NCBI GenBank assembly: GCA_965247655.1
Contig: OZ252032.1
Location: 5,339,843 to 5,403,842, forward strand
Length of the DNA: 64,000 bases
Origin: Candidatus Poribacteria bacterium
GTDB taxonomy: Bacteria; Poribacteria; WGA-4E; PCPOR2b
Direction: 5' to 3'
Shown: in pieces, positions 21,032 through 30,919 of the stretch
How positions within the stretch are numbered: position 1 is the first letter of the stretch
How the letters are laid out: every line of letters begins with the position of its first letter
Notes under the pieces: generated by a model
Told to the model about the DNA's origin: nothing
The model's database searches: none
The model's input: only the letters and a program-made list of their open reading frames with translations
Program-made: the position numbers and the translations under genes

Positions 21032-21227
21032 TTTACTGTGACTTTTGATAGAAACCGAGACAACGTGTTTACGTTGTGGGCGACGAGGCACTTGGCTCCT
21101 TGGGCAACTTGAACTGGAATCTATATGGCGTTTTGTCCTGCTTGAAGAACAGGCAAAATTAGGATCACGGCAGTTGACACATAGTTGTCGCTGCGGCAGC
21201 TCTATTCTCATGACGTGGAGGAACACG

Positions 21228-22097
21228 GTGATTAATACCAAGTTAAAAGGCAAAGTCGCCCTGATCACAGGCACCAATCATGGCATTGGTGCTGCAACTG
21301 CTCTGGCTCTGGGCACCCAAGGCGTAAAGGTGTTTGCATCATTCTTTCGCCCACCGTGTCAATACAGCGAAACAGAATTGAAGAAAGCCGAGAAGACCGG
21401 ATTAGGTGGTGATGTTTTCTACCGAGCAATGCAACAAAAGTCTATTGAGCACCTCGTAAATCAGTTTGAAGAAAGGGGCATGAAGATATCTGTCTTAGAA
21501 GCCGACCTTGCTGATGCAACAAACATCTCGAAACTTTTCGATGCTTGTGAGAAGGAGCTAGGACCCGTTGATATCTTGATTAACAATCACACCTATTGCG
21601 TTCTGGAAACATTTGATCCTGAGCAAAGTTCAAAAGACGGGAGAGGCATTTTTCTACCCACCGCTTCAAGCATCGACGCACACTTTGTTATTAATTCCCG
21701 ATCGTATATATTGATGATGCAAGCGTATTTGAAGCGATACCTTAAAAACGGACTGAACTGGGGACGCATTGTAAACACCAGTACAGATGCCGCACATTGC
21801 CACCCGCTGAACATCAGCTATGCCGCAAGCAAACACGCAATCGAATCTTATAGCCGCTCTGCTGCATGTGAGATGGGAAAATACGGGATAACTGTCAACG
21901 TAATCGCTCCCGGACCGATTCAGACGGGCTACATCACACCTGAAGCTGAAAAAGGAATTGCAGAATCTACACCGTTAGGTAGGATTGGCAAACCTGAAGA
22001 TGTGGCGGAGGTTACTGTTTTCCTCTGTTCTGAGCAAGCCCGTTGGCTCACAGGGCAACTACTCTATGTTGGAGGCGGCTATCGAATGCCTCAATAG
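21228..22097 (+). CDS. SDR-family short-chain dehydrogenase/reductase
   Basis: TGTNHGIG cofactor motif, YAASK catalytic YxxxK; GTG start 6 nt after GGAGG (ATG 21210 is an alternative). Confidence 0.8.
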   Translation: MINTKLKGKVALITGTNHGIGAATALALGTQGVKVFASFFRPPCQYSETELKKAEKTGLGGDVFYRAMQQKSIEHLVNQFEERGMKISVLEADLADATNISKLFDACEKELGPVDILINNHTYCVLETFDPEQSSKDGRGIFLPTASSIDAHFVINSRSYILMMQAYLKRYLKNGLNWGRIVNTSTDAAHCHPLNISYAASKHAIESYSRSAACEMGKYGITVNVIAPGPIQTGYITPEAEKGIAESTPLGRIGKPEDVAEVTVFLCSEQARWLTGQLLYVGGGYRMPQ

Positions 22098-22160
22098 GTA
22101 GGCGTTCAGCGACTTGAAAATCTTAAGCGATATTTTGACACTTGAGAGGTTGAATCATCT

Positions 22161-22955
22161 ATGATTAAAATTCATGAAGCCAATCGTCGGCACTGGAATA
22201 ATCAGGCGGCAAGATGGGAGGAACGCTTGAATCGTGATGGACGTTGGCGCAAGTGCCATAAAGAGCCTGAATTGGCATTTGAGGGTGAGACACTTGCCAC
22301 AATCCGAGAGATGGTGGGTGATCTTCACAACAAGCAAGTGTGCGTAATTGGTAGCGGGGATAACATGGCAGCCTATGCACTTTCAGGATTAGGGGCAGCC
22401 GTGACTTCCACAGATATTTCGGAGGAACGATTGAAATTGGCAGCCGATCGTGCAAAAACCCTCGGCGTGTCAATTGATTTTGTTCATTCCGATGCCGCTG
22501 CTCTCGGATTTGCAGACGATTCGACCTTTGATCTTGTCTGCTCCACAAATGGCTTTTTCGTGTGGATTGCCGATCTTGGTGCGGTATTTCGTGAGGTTTC
22601 GAGAGTCCTGAAGCCAGGAGGCGCATACATTTTCTACGACATTCATCCATTCATGCGTCCATGGAAAGAGCAGGTAACGCCTATTGAAATGGCAAAGCCT
22701 TATTGGGACACCGGACCATTTCAAGAGTCCGCGGACGAATCGTACGAGTTTAACTGGACCTTAGCGGATTTGCTTAATCCACTAGTACAAGCAGGGTTGA
22801 CATTGAAAAAAGTTGTCGAAAGCTCAACACAAGATCCCGGATTTTGGCAGGGAAGCAGTGATGCGTCTGACATCGATGAATCATTACTTGATTGGAAAAG
22901 GAATCCCCGTGCTGGATTGCCGGTCTGGCTAACAGTCGCCTGCATCCAAAATTGA
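22161..22955 (+). CDS. Class I SAM-dependent methyltransferase (paralog of 27127..27923)
   Basis: Motif I VCVIGSGDNMAAYALSGLG and motif post-I TSTDISE. Confidence 0.8.
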   Translation: MIKIHEANRRHWNNQAARWEERLNRDGRWRKCHKEPELAFEGETLATIREMVGDLHNKQVCVIGSGDNMAAYALSGLGAAVTSTDISEERLKLAADRAKTLGVSIDFVHSDAAALGFADDSTFDLVCSTNGFFVWIADLGAVFREVSRVLKPGGAYIFYDIHPFMRPWKEQVTPIEMAKPYWDTGPFQESADESYEFNWTLADLLNPLVQAGLTLKKVVESSTQDPGFWQGSSDASDIDESLLDWKRNPRAGLPVWLTVACIQN

Positions 22956-23018
22956 TTAAGGTACGGTTAGCACACAATAGCAAATTACCCGGGTTACTTT
23001 GCGCAAGGAATCCACACA

Positions 23019-23540
23019 ATGATAGAAATACGGGAAGAGCAGCGAGGGGAGTATCAGGAAATCCGTCAGGTTATCGTCGCTGCATTCGGTGGTGACTCCG
23101 AAGAACCCGCAGCCAATGTCGTTGAATTGCTTAGAGACAGAAATAAGGCACCGGTTGCGCTCGTGGCAGTCAGTGACAATAAGATTGTTGGCCATATCAT
23201 GTTTTCGCCGGTTACGATAACACTCGCGCCCAAAGCGTTCTGTGCTGTTGGACTGGCACCCCTATCCGTCCTGCCAGAGTTTCAACGGCAGGGTATTGGC
23301 TCTATGTTGGCACGTGAAGGGTTAAAAAAATGTGCGGCGGCCGGATTTGAGGTCGTAGTCGTGTTGGGAAGTCGCTATTACTACCCACGATTCGGTTTCT
23401 CCCGTGCTAGCCTTTACGGCTTGGGCAATGAATATGACACTGACGAGCATTTCATGGCAATAGAACTGAAGAATGGCGTTCTTGATAAAGTCGGCGGCAC
23501 TGTGCAGTATTCACCAGAATTCAAAGAGTGTGGTTGCTGA
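23019..23540 (+). CDS. GNAT-family acetyltransferase (paralog of 27983..28504)
   Basis: QRQGIGSMLAREGLKKCAAAGFEVVVVLG acetyl-CoA binding core. Confidence 0.8.
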   Translation: MIEIREEQRGEYQEIRQVIVAAFGGDSEEPAANVVELLRDRNKAPVALVAVSDNKIVGHIMFSPVTITLAPKAFCAVGLAPLSVLPEFQRQGIGSMLAREGLKKCAAAGFEVVVVLGSRYYYPRFGFSRASLYGLGNEYDTDEHFMAIELKNGVLDKVGGTVQYSPEFKECGC

Positions 23541-23607
23541 GAAATCCATCTACAGGATAATCGGTCAATAAAACTGACAAACCAATCTGATGATTTCACA
23601 AACAAAG

Positions 23608-23636
23608 TTGACTTGCTCACCTAAATACAGTATATT
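23608..23636 (+). promoter_or_regulatory. Near-consensus sigma70-type promoter TTGACT-N17-TATATT
   Basis: Hexamers and 17-nt spacer read directly; about 210 nt upstream of the 23845 start. Confidence 0.45.
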
Positions 23637-23844
23637 GCCTCTGAAAACGACCCAAACAACTCAAGCGGTCGGGCTGGCGTTATCTCGTAGAGACTACATT
23701 GGTGCAGGTCTCAGCCGTTACTGATAATTGTTGTATCAGAACCCAGACCAGCAGTTGTCCTTAATAGCACTGAACAGTAGTAAACACTAAATGGTTCTCT
23801 CGCTCAGTTCGTATCGAGTAGCGTCGTTGTAAGTTTACCACATC

Positions 23845-24432
23845 GTGAGAATGAACAAGCCGTTTGTTATATCAGTCAATTCAGTATCGGGCGGTGGAAA
23901 GACGGCACTGTCAGCTCTGCTCCACAAGTCATTGCCGGATTCGTCTCTTTTCTGCTTCGACGATTTCGATGATTCAAATATTTATCCTGTTGATTTCTAC
24001 GATTGGAGCCAACGTGGCGGTGACATCGAAGAATTCGACTGTCCTGGAATGCAAGCGGCGGTCGCAGCTGAAGTTCACCGGGGAACAGCAAAGCAGATTA
24101 TTTTGGATTTCCCATTCGGTCGTCGCCACTCGCGCTTTTGTGATACCATTGATTTTGCTATTTTTGTTGACACTCCGCTTGATGTCGCCATGGCGCGACG
24201 AATTTTGAGAGACTATACAATCAACCACGATGAATCCCCAGAAGGAACTCTGAATCGCCTCCATAACGATATGTCGAACTATTTGGTAAGGGCACGCTAT
24301 CCATATTTGGATACTTACAAGGACAGGGACCATAGTGATCTCGTTTTGGATGGGTGGCGCAGTCTGGATGATTTGAAGAACGACGTGATAGCGGTGCTAA
24401 AATCGAGGAATCTGGTAACCCACGTCACTTAA
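23845..24432 (+). CDS. P-loop NTPase / small-molecule kinase-like protein
   Basis: Walker A SVSGGGKTAL at the N-terminus; uridine-kinase/chloramphenicol-phosphotransferase-like architecture. Confidence 0.5.
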   Translation: MRMNKPFVISVNSVSGGGKTALSALLHKSLPDSSLFCFDDFDDSNIYPVDFYDWSQRGGDIEEFDCPGMQAAVAAEVHRGTAKQIILDFPFGRRHSRFCDTIDFAIFVDTPLDVAMARRILRDYTINHDESPEGTLNRLHNDMSNYLVRARYPYLDTYKDRDHSDLVLDGWRSLDDLKNDVIAVLKSRNLVTHVT

Positions 24433-24546
24433 AAACACAGTTTGCGCTGCGCCCCTTGGCCTTCGGCAACTCCTCGACAAGCCTGGGGCTCACAAACCGG
24501 CAAAGCGTTTCCGGAAATGGGGATTAAATCTGTGAAAAACCTAGAG

Positions 24547-25338
24547 ATGAACTCTGAGAGCAGAAGCACTGCACTCTACGACTATCCAGATTACTACGAG
24601 CTGGCATTCTCATTTCGTGACATCTCTCACGAAGTAACGTGTTTCGAGCAGTTGTTCGAGAGGTTCGCTAAGGTGCCGGTGAGGCGAGTGCTGGAGTTAG
24701 CCTGTGGTCCGAGTCCGCACATTCGGGAATTGTGCCGACGGGGTTACGAGTATCACGGGCTAGATACGAATGAAAATATGCTCGCCGCCGGCCAAAGGAA
24801 GGTTACTGAAAGTACATGGACAGCAGAATTTCACAAAGCCTCTATGATAGATTTCAACGTGGACACAACATACCAGTTTGCTTTCGTCGCGCTCGGCTCG
24901 CTGTATGCACGGAACACAGAGGAACTGTCTATCCACTTCAGGTCGGTGGCAAGCGTCCTTGAACCTGGTGGGCTTTACATGCTGGACTGGTGCGTACAAT
25001 TCGGTCAATCCCTCACTTTTTCAGAGACAGGTCAGTCCTGGACAGTGGAGGAGGAAGGGATCGCAGTCGAAGTGAACGTCACATTGAGGGACGTTGATCC
25101 CATCGAGCAGATTGTCCAAGAAGTGGCCACTCTAAATGTGACAGACTACGGCCGATCCCTGACGATATCTAGTTCAGACCTACGAAGGGTGATGTATCCA
25201 CAGGAGTTTCTCTTGCTAACCGACGCTATGGAGGAGTTCAAGTTTCTGGGTTGGTGGAACGATTGGGACTTGAACCAGCCATTATCACAGGTAACAGGTG
25301 AGATTAATCGGCCAATCGTACTGCTTCGTCGGGTCTGA
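24547..25338 (+). CDS. Class I SAM-dependent methyltransferase
   Basis: Motif I VLELACGPSPH; start uncertain (24517 or 24547) because a repeat element overlaps the upstream region. Confidence 0.65.
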   Translation: MNSESRSTALYDYPDYYELAFSFRDISHEVTCFEQLFERFAKVPVRRVLELACGPSPHIRELCRRGYEYHGLDTNENMLAAGQRKVTESTWTAEFHKASMIDFNVDTTYQFAFVALGSLYARNTEELSIHFRSVASVLEPGGLYMLDWCVQFGQSLTFSETGQSWTVEEEGIAVEVNVTLRDVDPIEQIVQEVATLNVTDYGRSLTISSSDLRRVMYPQEFLLLTDAMEEFKFLGWWNDWDLNQPLSQVTGEINRPIVLLRRV

Positions 25339-25532
25339 GAGGTCTGAACTACTCAGTAGCTAGGAAACCGAACGTCCACATCCGGTAACACCCGGCTGCC
25401 ACTGCACCGTCCTGCAGCAGCTTGATCTTCGGCAACCCCTACACAAACCGCCTTTTCATAGGCACTGTTGTAGGGCCCAATGTCGAGTATAATAATGCTA
25501 GATAATCATTTGTAACATCTTGGGGTGGTATA

Positions 25533-26339
25533 TTGACTGATCACGACAATCTTGAGGAGTTTTCTGATCCAGCCAACTATGATTTGGAGGATGCTAGCGA
25601 TACAGGTATCGCTTTTTACACTGCCTTAGCACAGGAAACTGGCGATCCTGTACTCGAAATCGCCTGTGGTACGGGTCGTGTCAGCATCCCGATTGCACGA
25701 TTGGGTTTTTCTGTAACTGGTTTAGATATCGTACCGGGAATGATAGAGCGGGCGCGTAGCAAATCTGTTGGCTTACCTACACGCTGGATCGTGGGCGACG
25801 CCCGTACATTTGACCTCGGCGAACAATTTCGACTCATCTTCTTGACTGGCAATGCTTTTCAGGCTTTTTTAACAAACGCCGATCAAGAAGCACTGTTGCA
25901 ACGTGTGTATGCACATTTACACGACGAGGGATTGTTTGCCTTTGAAACGCGCAACCCGATTTTCCCCCACTCCCAGACTCCAGAGGGGCTATTTGTGCCC
26001 CTTGAAACGAATGTGGAAGAACAAGATTGGTCATCCTTTATTGATACAAGTGGGCACGAAGTGCGTGTGTCGAGAACTTACGTATATGACCATGTGGCTC
26101 AGATCCATCACTGGACGACCTACAAACGCTGGCACGAAGGTGGGGAGGAACACACCAAGATCACGCGTACTGCGTTGCGCTACATCTTCCCGCAGGAACT
26201 TGCAGCACTACTATACTACAATGGCTTCAGCATCGCACAGCAGTATGGTGATTGGAGTCTAGCACCGCTGACCGCTGATAACCCTAGCATCATCTCAGTC
26301 TGCCGCAAGCGCGGAGGATTTCAATCGCTTAATCAATGA
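25533..26339 (+). CDS. Class I SAM-dependent methyltransferase
   Basis: Motif I VLEIACGTGRVS, motif II GLDIVPGM; TTG start behind GGGGTGG. Confidence 0.7.
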   Translation: MTDHDNLEEFSDPANYDLEDASDTGIAFYTALAQETGDPVLEIACGTGRVSIPIARLGFSVTGLDIVPGMIERARSKSVGLPTRWIVGDARTFDLGEQFRLIFLTGNAFQAFLTNADQEALLQRVYAHLHDEGLFAFETRNPIFPHSQTPEGLFVPLETNVEEQDWSSFIDTSGHEVRVSRTYVYDHVAQIHHWTTYKRWHEGGEEHTKITRTALRYIFPQELAALLYYNGFSIAQQYGDWSLAPLTADNPSIISVCRKRGGFQSLNQ

Positions 26340-26408
26340 AACTGACAAATCCAAACGCACCAATCATAAACGGAACTGGTGCCTATACCAACGGATTGGA
26401 GGATCGAC

Positions 26409-26992
26409 ATGGATAAATACTTGCGTCCCACGGACGTGATGGATTATAACCACCCTGAAGTTCAAGATCTAGCGCGTACTTTAGGAAACGGGATCTCAGA
26501 GCAAACGATAATCTCAAAACGCTGCTTTGAGTGGGTACGAGATGAAATCAAGCATAGTGGGGACTTCAAGATGAATCCGACGACCTGCGCTGCGTCCGAG
26601 GTATTGCGTTATAAGACAGGATGGTTTTTGCCAAGAGTCATCTGCTGGCTGCGCTCTTAAGGGCAAACCATATACCCGCTGGATTGTGCTACCAACGGCT
26701 CACACGAAACGAGAAGACGGCCCCCCTCACACTACACGGTTTGAATGCAGTTCTGCTGCCTGAATTTGGGTGGTACAGAATTGATCCAAGAGGCAACAGA
26801 AACGGGGTAAACGCTCAATTCGATCCGCCCAACGAGAAATTAGCCTGGCCGATAGCCGTTGAGGGAGAAAGGAATCTCCGAGACGTGTGGGCAGATCCTC
26901 TGCCGACGGTGGTTGCTGTCTTGAGGAGCTACGACACTTGGGAAGGGATTCGTAATCACCTTCCAGACCTGCCCTTCCAGCAAGGAGACTGA
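26409..26992 (+). pseudogene. Transglutaminase-like cysteine protease superfamily gene, frameshifted at the catalytic Cys codon
   Basis: N-part ends ...SEVLRYKTGWF and continues in another frame as (V)FAKSHLLAALLRANHIPAG...H...D; two overlapping ORFs 26379..26660 and 26621..26992; break lies in a T5 run. Confidence 0.55.
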
Positions 26993-27126
26993 ACTTTCGT
27001 CTCTATATAACACCCAATCGCTGCTGCCGCGCTCACACACCTTTGGCTTTGGGCAAACCGCTTTGCGGGTTCAGCCACTTGAAAACCTTAAGCGATATTT
27101 TGATACTTGCGAGGTCGAATCGTCTA

Positions 27127-27923
27127 TGATTAAAATTCATGAAGCCAATCGTCGGCATTGGAATAGTCAAGCACCAACATGGGAGGAACGCTTGAACCGT
27201 GATGGTCGTTGGCGCAGATGTCATAAAGAGCCTGAATTGGCATTTGAGGGCGAAACACTTGCCACAATCCGAGAGATGGTAGGCGATCTTCGCAACAAAC
27301 AGGTGTGTGTAATTGGTAGTGGAGATAACATGGCAGCCTATGCACTTTCAGGATTAGGGGCAGTCGTGACTTCCACAGATATTTCGGAGGAACGATTGAA
27401 ATTGGCAGCAGATCGTGCAGAAATCCTCGGTGTGTCAATCGATTTTGTTCGTTCCGATGCCGCAGATCTCGGATTCGCAGACGATTCGACCTTTGATCTT
27501 GTCTGCTCCACAAATGGCTTTTTCGTGTGGATTGCCGATCCCGGTGCGGTATTTCGTGAGGTTTCAAGAATCCTGAAACCAGGAGGCGCATACGTTTTCT
27601 ACGACATCCATCCATTCATGCGCCCATGGAAAGAGCAGGTGACGCCCATTGAAATGGCGAAGCCTTATTGGGACACTGGACCGTTTCGAGAGTCAGCGGA
27701 CGGATCGTACGAGTTTAACTGGACCTTGGCCGATTTGCTTAATCCGCTGGCACAAACTGGATTGACATTGAAAAAAGTTGTCGAAAGTCCAGCGCAAGAT
27801 CCCGGATTTTGGCAGGGAAGCAGTGATATGTCTAGCACCGATGAATCTTTACTTGATTGGAAAAGGAATCCCCGCGCTGGATTGCCTGTTTGGCTAACAG
27901 TCGCTGCCTCCAGAATTGATTGA
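27127..27923 (+). CDS. Class I SAM-dependent methyltransferase (second copy, about 93 percent identical to 22161..22955)
   Basis: Same motifs as 22161; conserved 50-nt upstream leader. Confidence 0.8.
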
Positions 27924-27982
27924 GGTACGGTCAGAACACAGTGGCAAGTTACCCGGGTTACTTTGCGAAAGGAATCCACACA

Positions 27983-28504
27983 ATGATAGAGATACGGGAA
28001 GAACAGCAAGAGGAGTGTCAGGAAATCCATCAGGTTATCGTCGCTGCATTCGGTGGTGACCCCGAAGAACCCGTAGCCGACGTCGTTGAATTGCTTCGAG
28101 ATAGAAACAAGGCACCGGTTGCGCTTGTGGCAGTCAGGGACAACAAGATTGTCGGTCATATCATGTTTTCACCGGTTACGATAACACTCGCGCCCAAAGC
28201 GTTCCGTGCTGTTGGACTGGCACCCCTATCCGTCCTGCCAGAGTTCCAAAGGCAGGGCATTGGCTCTATGTTGGCACGCGAAGGGTTAAAAAAATGTGCG
28301 GCGGCAGGATTTGAGATAGCAGTCGTGTTGGGAAGTCGCTACTACTACCCACGATTCGGTTTCTCTCGTGCCAGTTTTTACGGCTTGGGCAATGAATATG
28401 ACACTGACGAGCATTTCATGGCAATAGAACTGAAGAATGGCGTTCTTGATAAAGTCAGCGGCACCGTGCAGTATTCGCCAGAATTCAAGGAGTGTGGTTG
28501 CTGA
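27983..28504 (+). CDS. GNAT-family acetyltransferase (second copy, about 93 percent identical to 23019..23540)
   Basis: Near-identical protein sequence to 23019 copy. Confidence 0.8.
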   Translation: MIEIREEQQEECQEIHQVIVAAFGGDPEEPVADVVELLRDRNKAPVALVAVRDNKIVGHIMFSPVTITLAPKAFRAVGLAPLSVLPEFQRQGIGSMLAREGLKKCAAAGFEIAVVLGSRYYYPRFGFSRASFYGLGNEYDTDEHFMAIELKNGVLDKVSGTVQYSPEFKECGC

Positions 28505-28559
28505 GAAATCCAGCCACAGGATAATCCGTGAAAACTTATACAAAACGGTAAGATTAGAA

Positions 28560-29627
28560 ATGACCTCGAGCACTAAAACCAACAATACACCCAACGATGG
28601 AACCGATTTCGTAAGTGGCATTGATTTAGCCCGGATGTTCTATGTTGAAATCGTTCGCCCACTCATAGAAGGGCGAGCCCACAGTGCAGCGAGGCTAGGG
28701 TCAGGGTCGGATGTTCTCGGTTTCGATACCCCTCGATCAACAGACCACGGCTGGGGACCACAATTACACCTTTTTGTGGCAGCCTCTGAGGTAGATGCCA
28801 TCCGCACGATTATCGATTCAAACCTACCGGAGGAGTTTCACGGGTGGCCCGTGCGCTTCGGCTGGGATGAGGTCGCCATTCAGCACCATGTGAGCGTTGT
28901 ATCTCTTGGGGAGTGGCTTGAATTGCATCTGGGATTCGATCCGCAAGTGGATATTACCGTCCAAAACTGGCTTACGACGCCACAACAACTACTGCTAGAA
29001 GTAACAGCAGGTGCGGTCTTTCATGATCCGGATGGAGATTTGAAACGGGTTCGCAGTAAACTGGAGTGGTTTCCAAACGATATTTGGCTATGGCTCTTGG
29101 CTTGTCAGTGGCGTCGAATTGCTCAAGAAGAGGCGTTCGTTGGTCGCACGGCTGAAATCGGCGATGAACTCGGTTCACGAATCCTGACAGCCCGAATTGT
29201 ACGCGATCTCATGAGGCTTTGCTTCCTTATAGAGCGGCAATATGCTCCATATAGCAAGTGGCTGGGCAGCGCATTCCGAAATCTCCGCATTGCCTTCAAA
29301 CTCACCCCGTATCTGGATGCAGCACTCAAGGCTACGGACTACCTTGCTAGAGAAACGGGGCTCTGTTCTGCCTACGAATATGTCGCACGTTGCTACAATC
29401 AACTGAACCTCACCCCTCCCGTTGATCCTGAAACCCGCTTGTTTTATAAACGTCCTTTTCGGGTGCTTGGAGGAGATCGATTTGCAGAGGCGTGCTTGGC
29501 AGCCATTCAAGATGAGTGGCTGAAAGGACAACCGCTTGTAGGGAGTGTCGATCAGTTTGTGGACAGTACGGATGTCTTGAGCAGCGCACACCGATCTCGG
29601 TGTCTTACCAATATCTATGACGACTGA
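28560..29627 (+). CDS. Nucleotidyltransferase-like / DUF4037-like protein (paralog 1 of 3)
   Basis: Degenerate pol-beta NTase motif LGSGSDVLGFDTPRSTDHGWGP; shared C-terminal region with 29727 and 32047 proteins (W..L..W... APY.KWL). Confidence 0.5.
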   Translation: MTSSTKTNNTPNDGTDFVSGIDLARMFYVEIVRPLIEGRAHSAARLGSGSDVLGFDTPRSTDHGWGPQLHLFVAASEVDAIRTIIDSNLPEEFHGWPVRFGWDEVAIQHHVSVVSLGEWLELHLGFDPQVDITVQNWLTTPQQLLLEVTAGAVFHDPDGDLKRVRSKLEWFPNDIWLWLLACQWRRIAQEEAFVGRTAEIGDELGSRILTARIVRDLMRLCFLIERQYAPYSKWLGSAFRNLRIAFKLTPYLDAALKATDYLARETGLCSAYEYVARCYNQLNLTPPVDPETRLFYKRPFRVLGGDRFAEACLAAIQDEWLKGQPLVGSVDQFVDSTDVLSSAHRSRCLTNIYDD

Positions 29628-29726
29628 ATTCTATTTGTCTAACAAGCTCGTCGCCCAATCGCTTCGTGGTTCGGGTACATTGGAAGTGTGGATTCAGGGT
29701 GTACAAACGGGCAAGCTAAGGAGACC

Positions 29727-30710
29727 GTGAAATTGACAACACCTATTAAGGCCCTTGAACTTTCACGCCGGTTGTTTGAGCAACGCGGACACCCCTTACT
29801 CCAGCAACTTGATCTGCTCGATGTATGTGCGGTGGGTTGTTTTGGAGGCACTTCACAGAACGCCAATCTTGATGACGATTGGTCTCGCGATCACATGTGG
29901 GGTCCGTACCTCACCTTCGTCTTGAAGGGCGAAGCCTACAATGAACATGAGTCCGCACTAGAAAAAGCTATCGCAAAGATGCCTGATGAAATTGATGGTG
30001 TGCACTGGATTGGCTACGATGGGCCCGAGCCACGCAGAACCGGTGTCCAAGAAGCGCATTCACTTCTGCGTTTGATAACAGGTCTTGAGGGTCCCGTAGA
30101 TAGCGAAGAGGATTGGATTTCGCTCATCGAGCGTAACGGTTTTCTGGGGTGTCGCTGGACCGAACAGCTTTTTGACGCAGGTCAAGGAGCAGTTTTTCAT
30201 GGGGCATGGTTTGAGGGGATGTGGCGGGACTGGACAAAATTCGTTCCGATAAACGTCAAGTTGGCGTTAATCAGTCGCTCCGTATTTCGAATCTGGAATG
30301 CGGGTCCGACCTATAATCTCAAGCGATTAATCGCTCGCAAGGATGCGATAGGAACGCTCCTCTGTACGAGTCGGTTCGTCGATGAGGTAATGGAGTTGGG
30401 GTTCACTCTGAGTGACCAGTTCACACCTTCCTTCAAGTGGCGATCTGCCCATTTCCAACGCCTCTCGGTCTTCTCAAAAGAAACCCAGACTGCGATTGCG
30501 AGATTAGTTGAAGTAAAAGACGTGGAAGAGATTCTATCCATTGCAAAATCTATCGAGTCTGAAATTAAAAGTGTATTGCGGTCTATGTTCTCTGTCAGAT
30601 GCGGACAGAGAACCGACTTGTCCATGTATGCACACGCAATCAAAAGAAAGATACGTCACAAGCGAGTGAAAGATATGACGAATCTAGATTGGTGGGTTCA
30701 TCTCGGATGA
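29727..30710 (+). CDS. Nucleotidyltransferase-like / DUF4037-like protein (paralog 2 of 3)
   Basis: GCFGGTSQNANLDDDWSRDHMWGP motif; start uncertain (GTG 29688, GTG 29727 or TTG 29733). Confidence 0.5.
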   Translation: MKLTTPIKALELSRRLFEQRGHPLLQQLDLLDVCAVGCFGGTSQNANLDDDWSRDHMWGPYLTFVLKGEAYNEHESALEKAIAKMPDEIDGVHWIGYDGPEPRRTGVQEAHSLLRLITGLEGPVDSEEDWISLIERNGFLGCRWTEQLFDAGQGAVFHGAWFEGMWRDWTKFVPINVKLALISRSVFRIWNAGPTYNLKRLIARKDAIGTLLCTSRFVDEVMELGFTLSDQFTPSFKWRSAHFQRLSVFSKETQTAIARLVEVKDVEEILSIAKSIESEIKSVLRSMFSVRCGQRTDLSMYAHAIKRKIRHKRVKDMTNLDWWVHLG

Positions 30711-30919
30711 ACAATAGGAGAATCTGAGAGGGTATAGGAGCAAGATAGAAGAAATAACCCGCGTCACTTAACAACACGGTTTGCGCTGCGGTGCTTAGCA
30801 CCTTGGCCTTCGGCAACCTAGTTGCACAGGTTTGCAAACCGGCAAACGTTAGCGGCCATGCATCCACACTTGAGCAATAGCCTTTGTTCAACAACCATTA
30901 CCAACATGAGATTCCCGCC

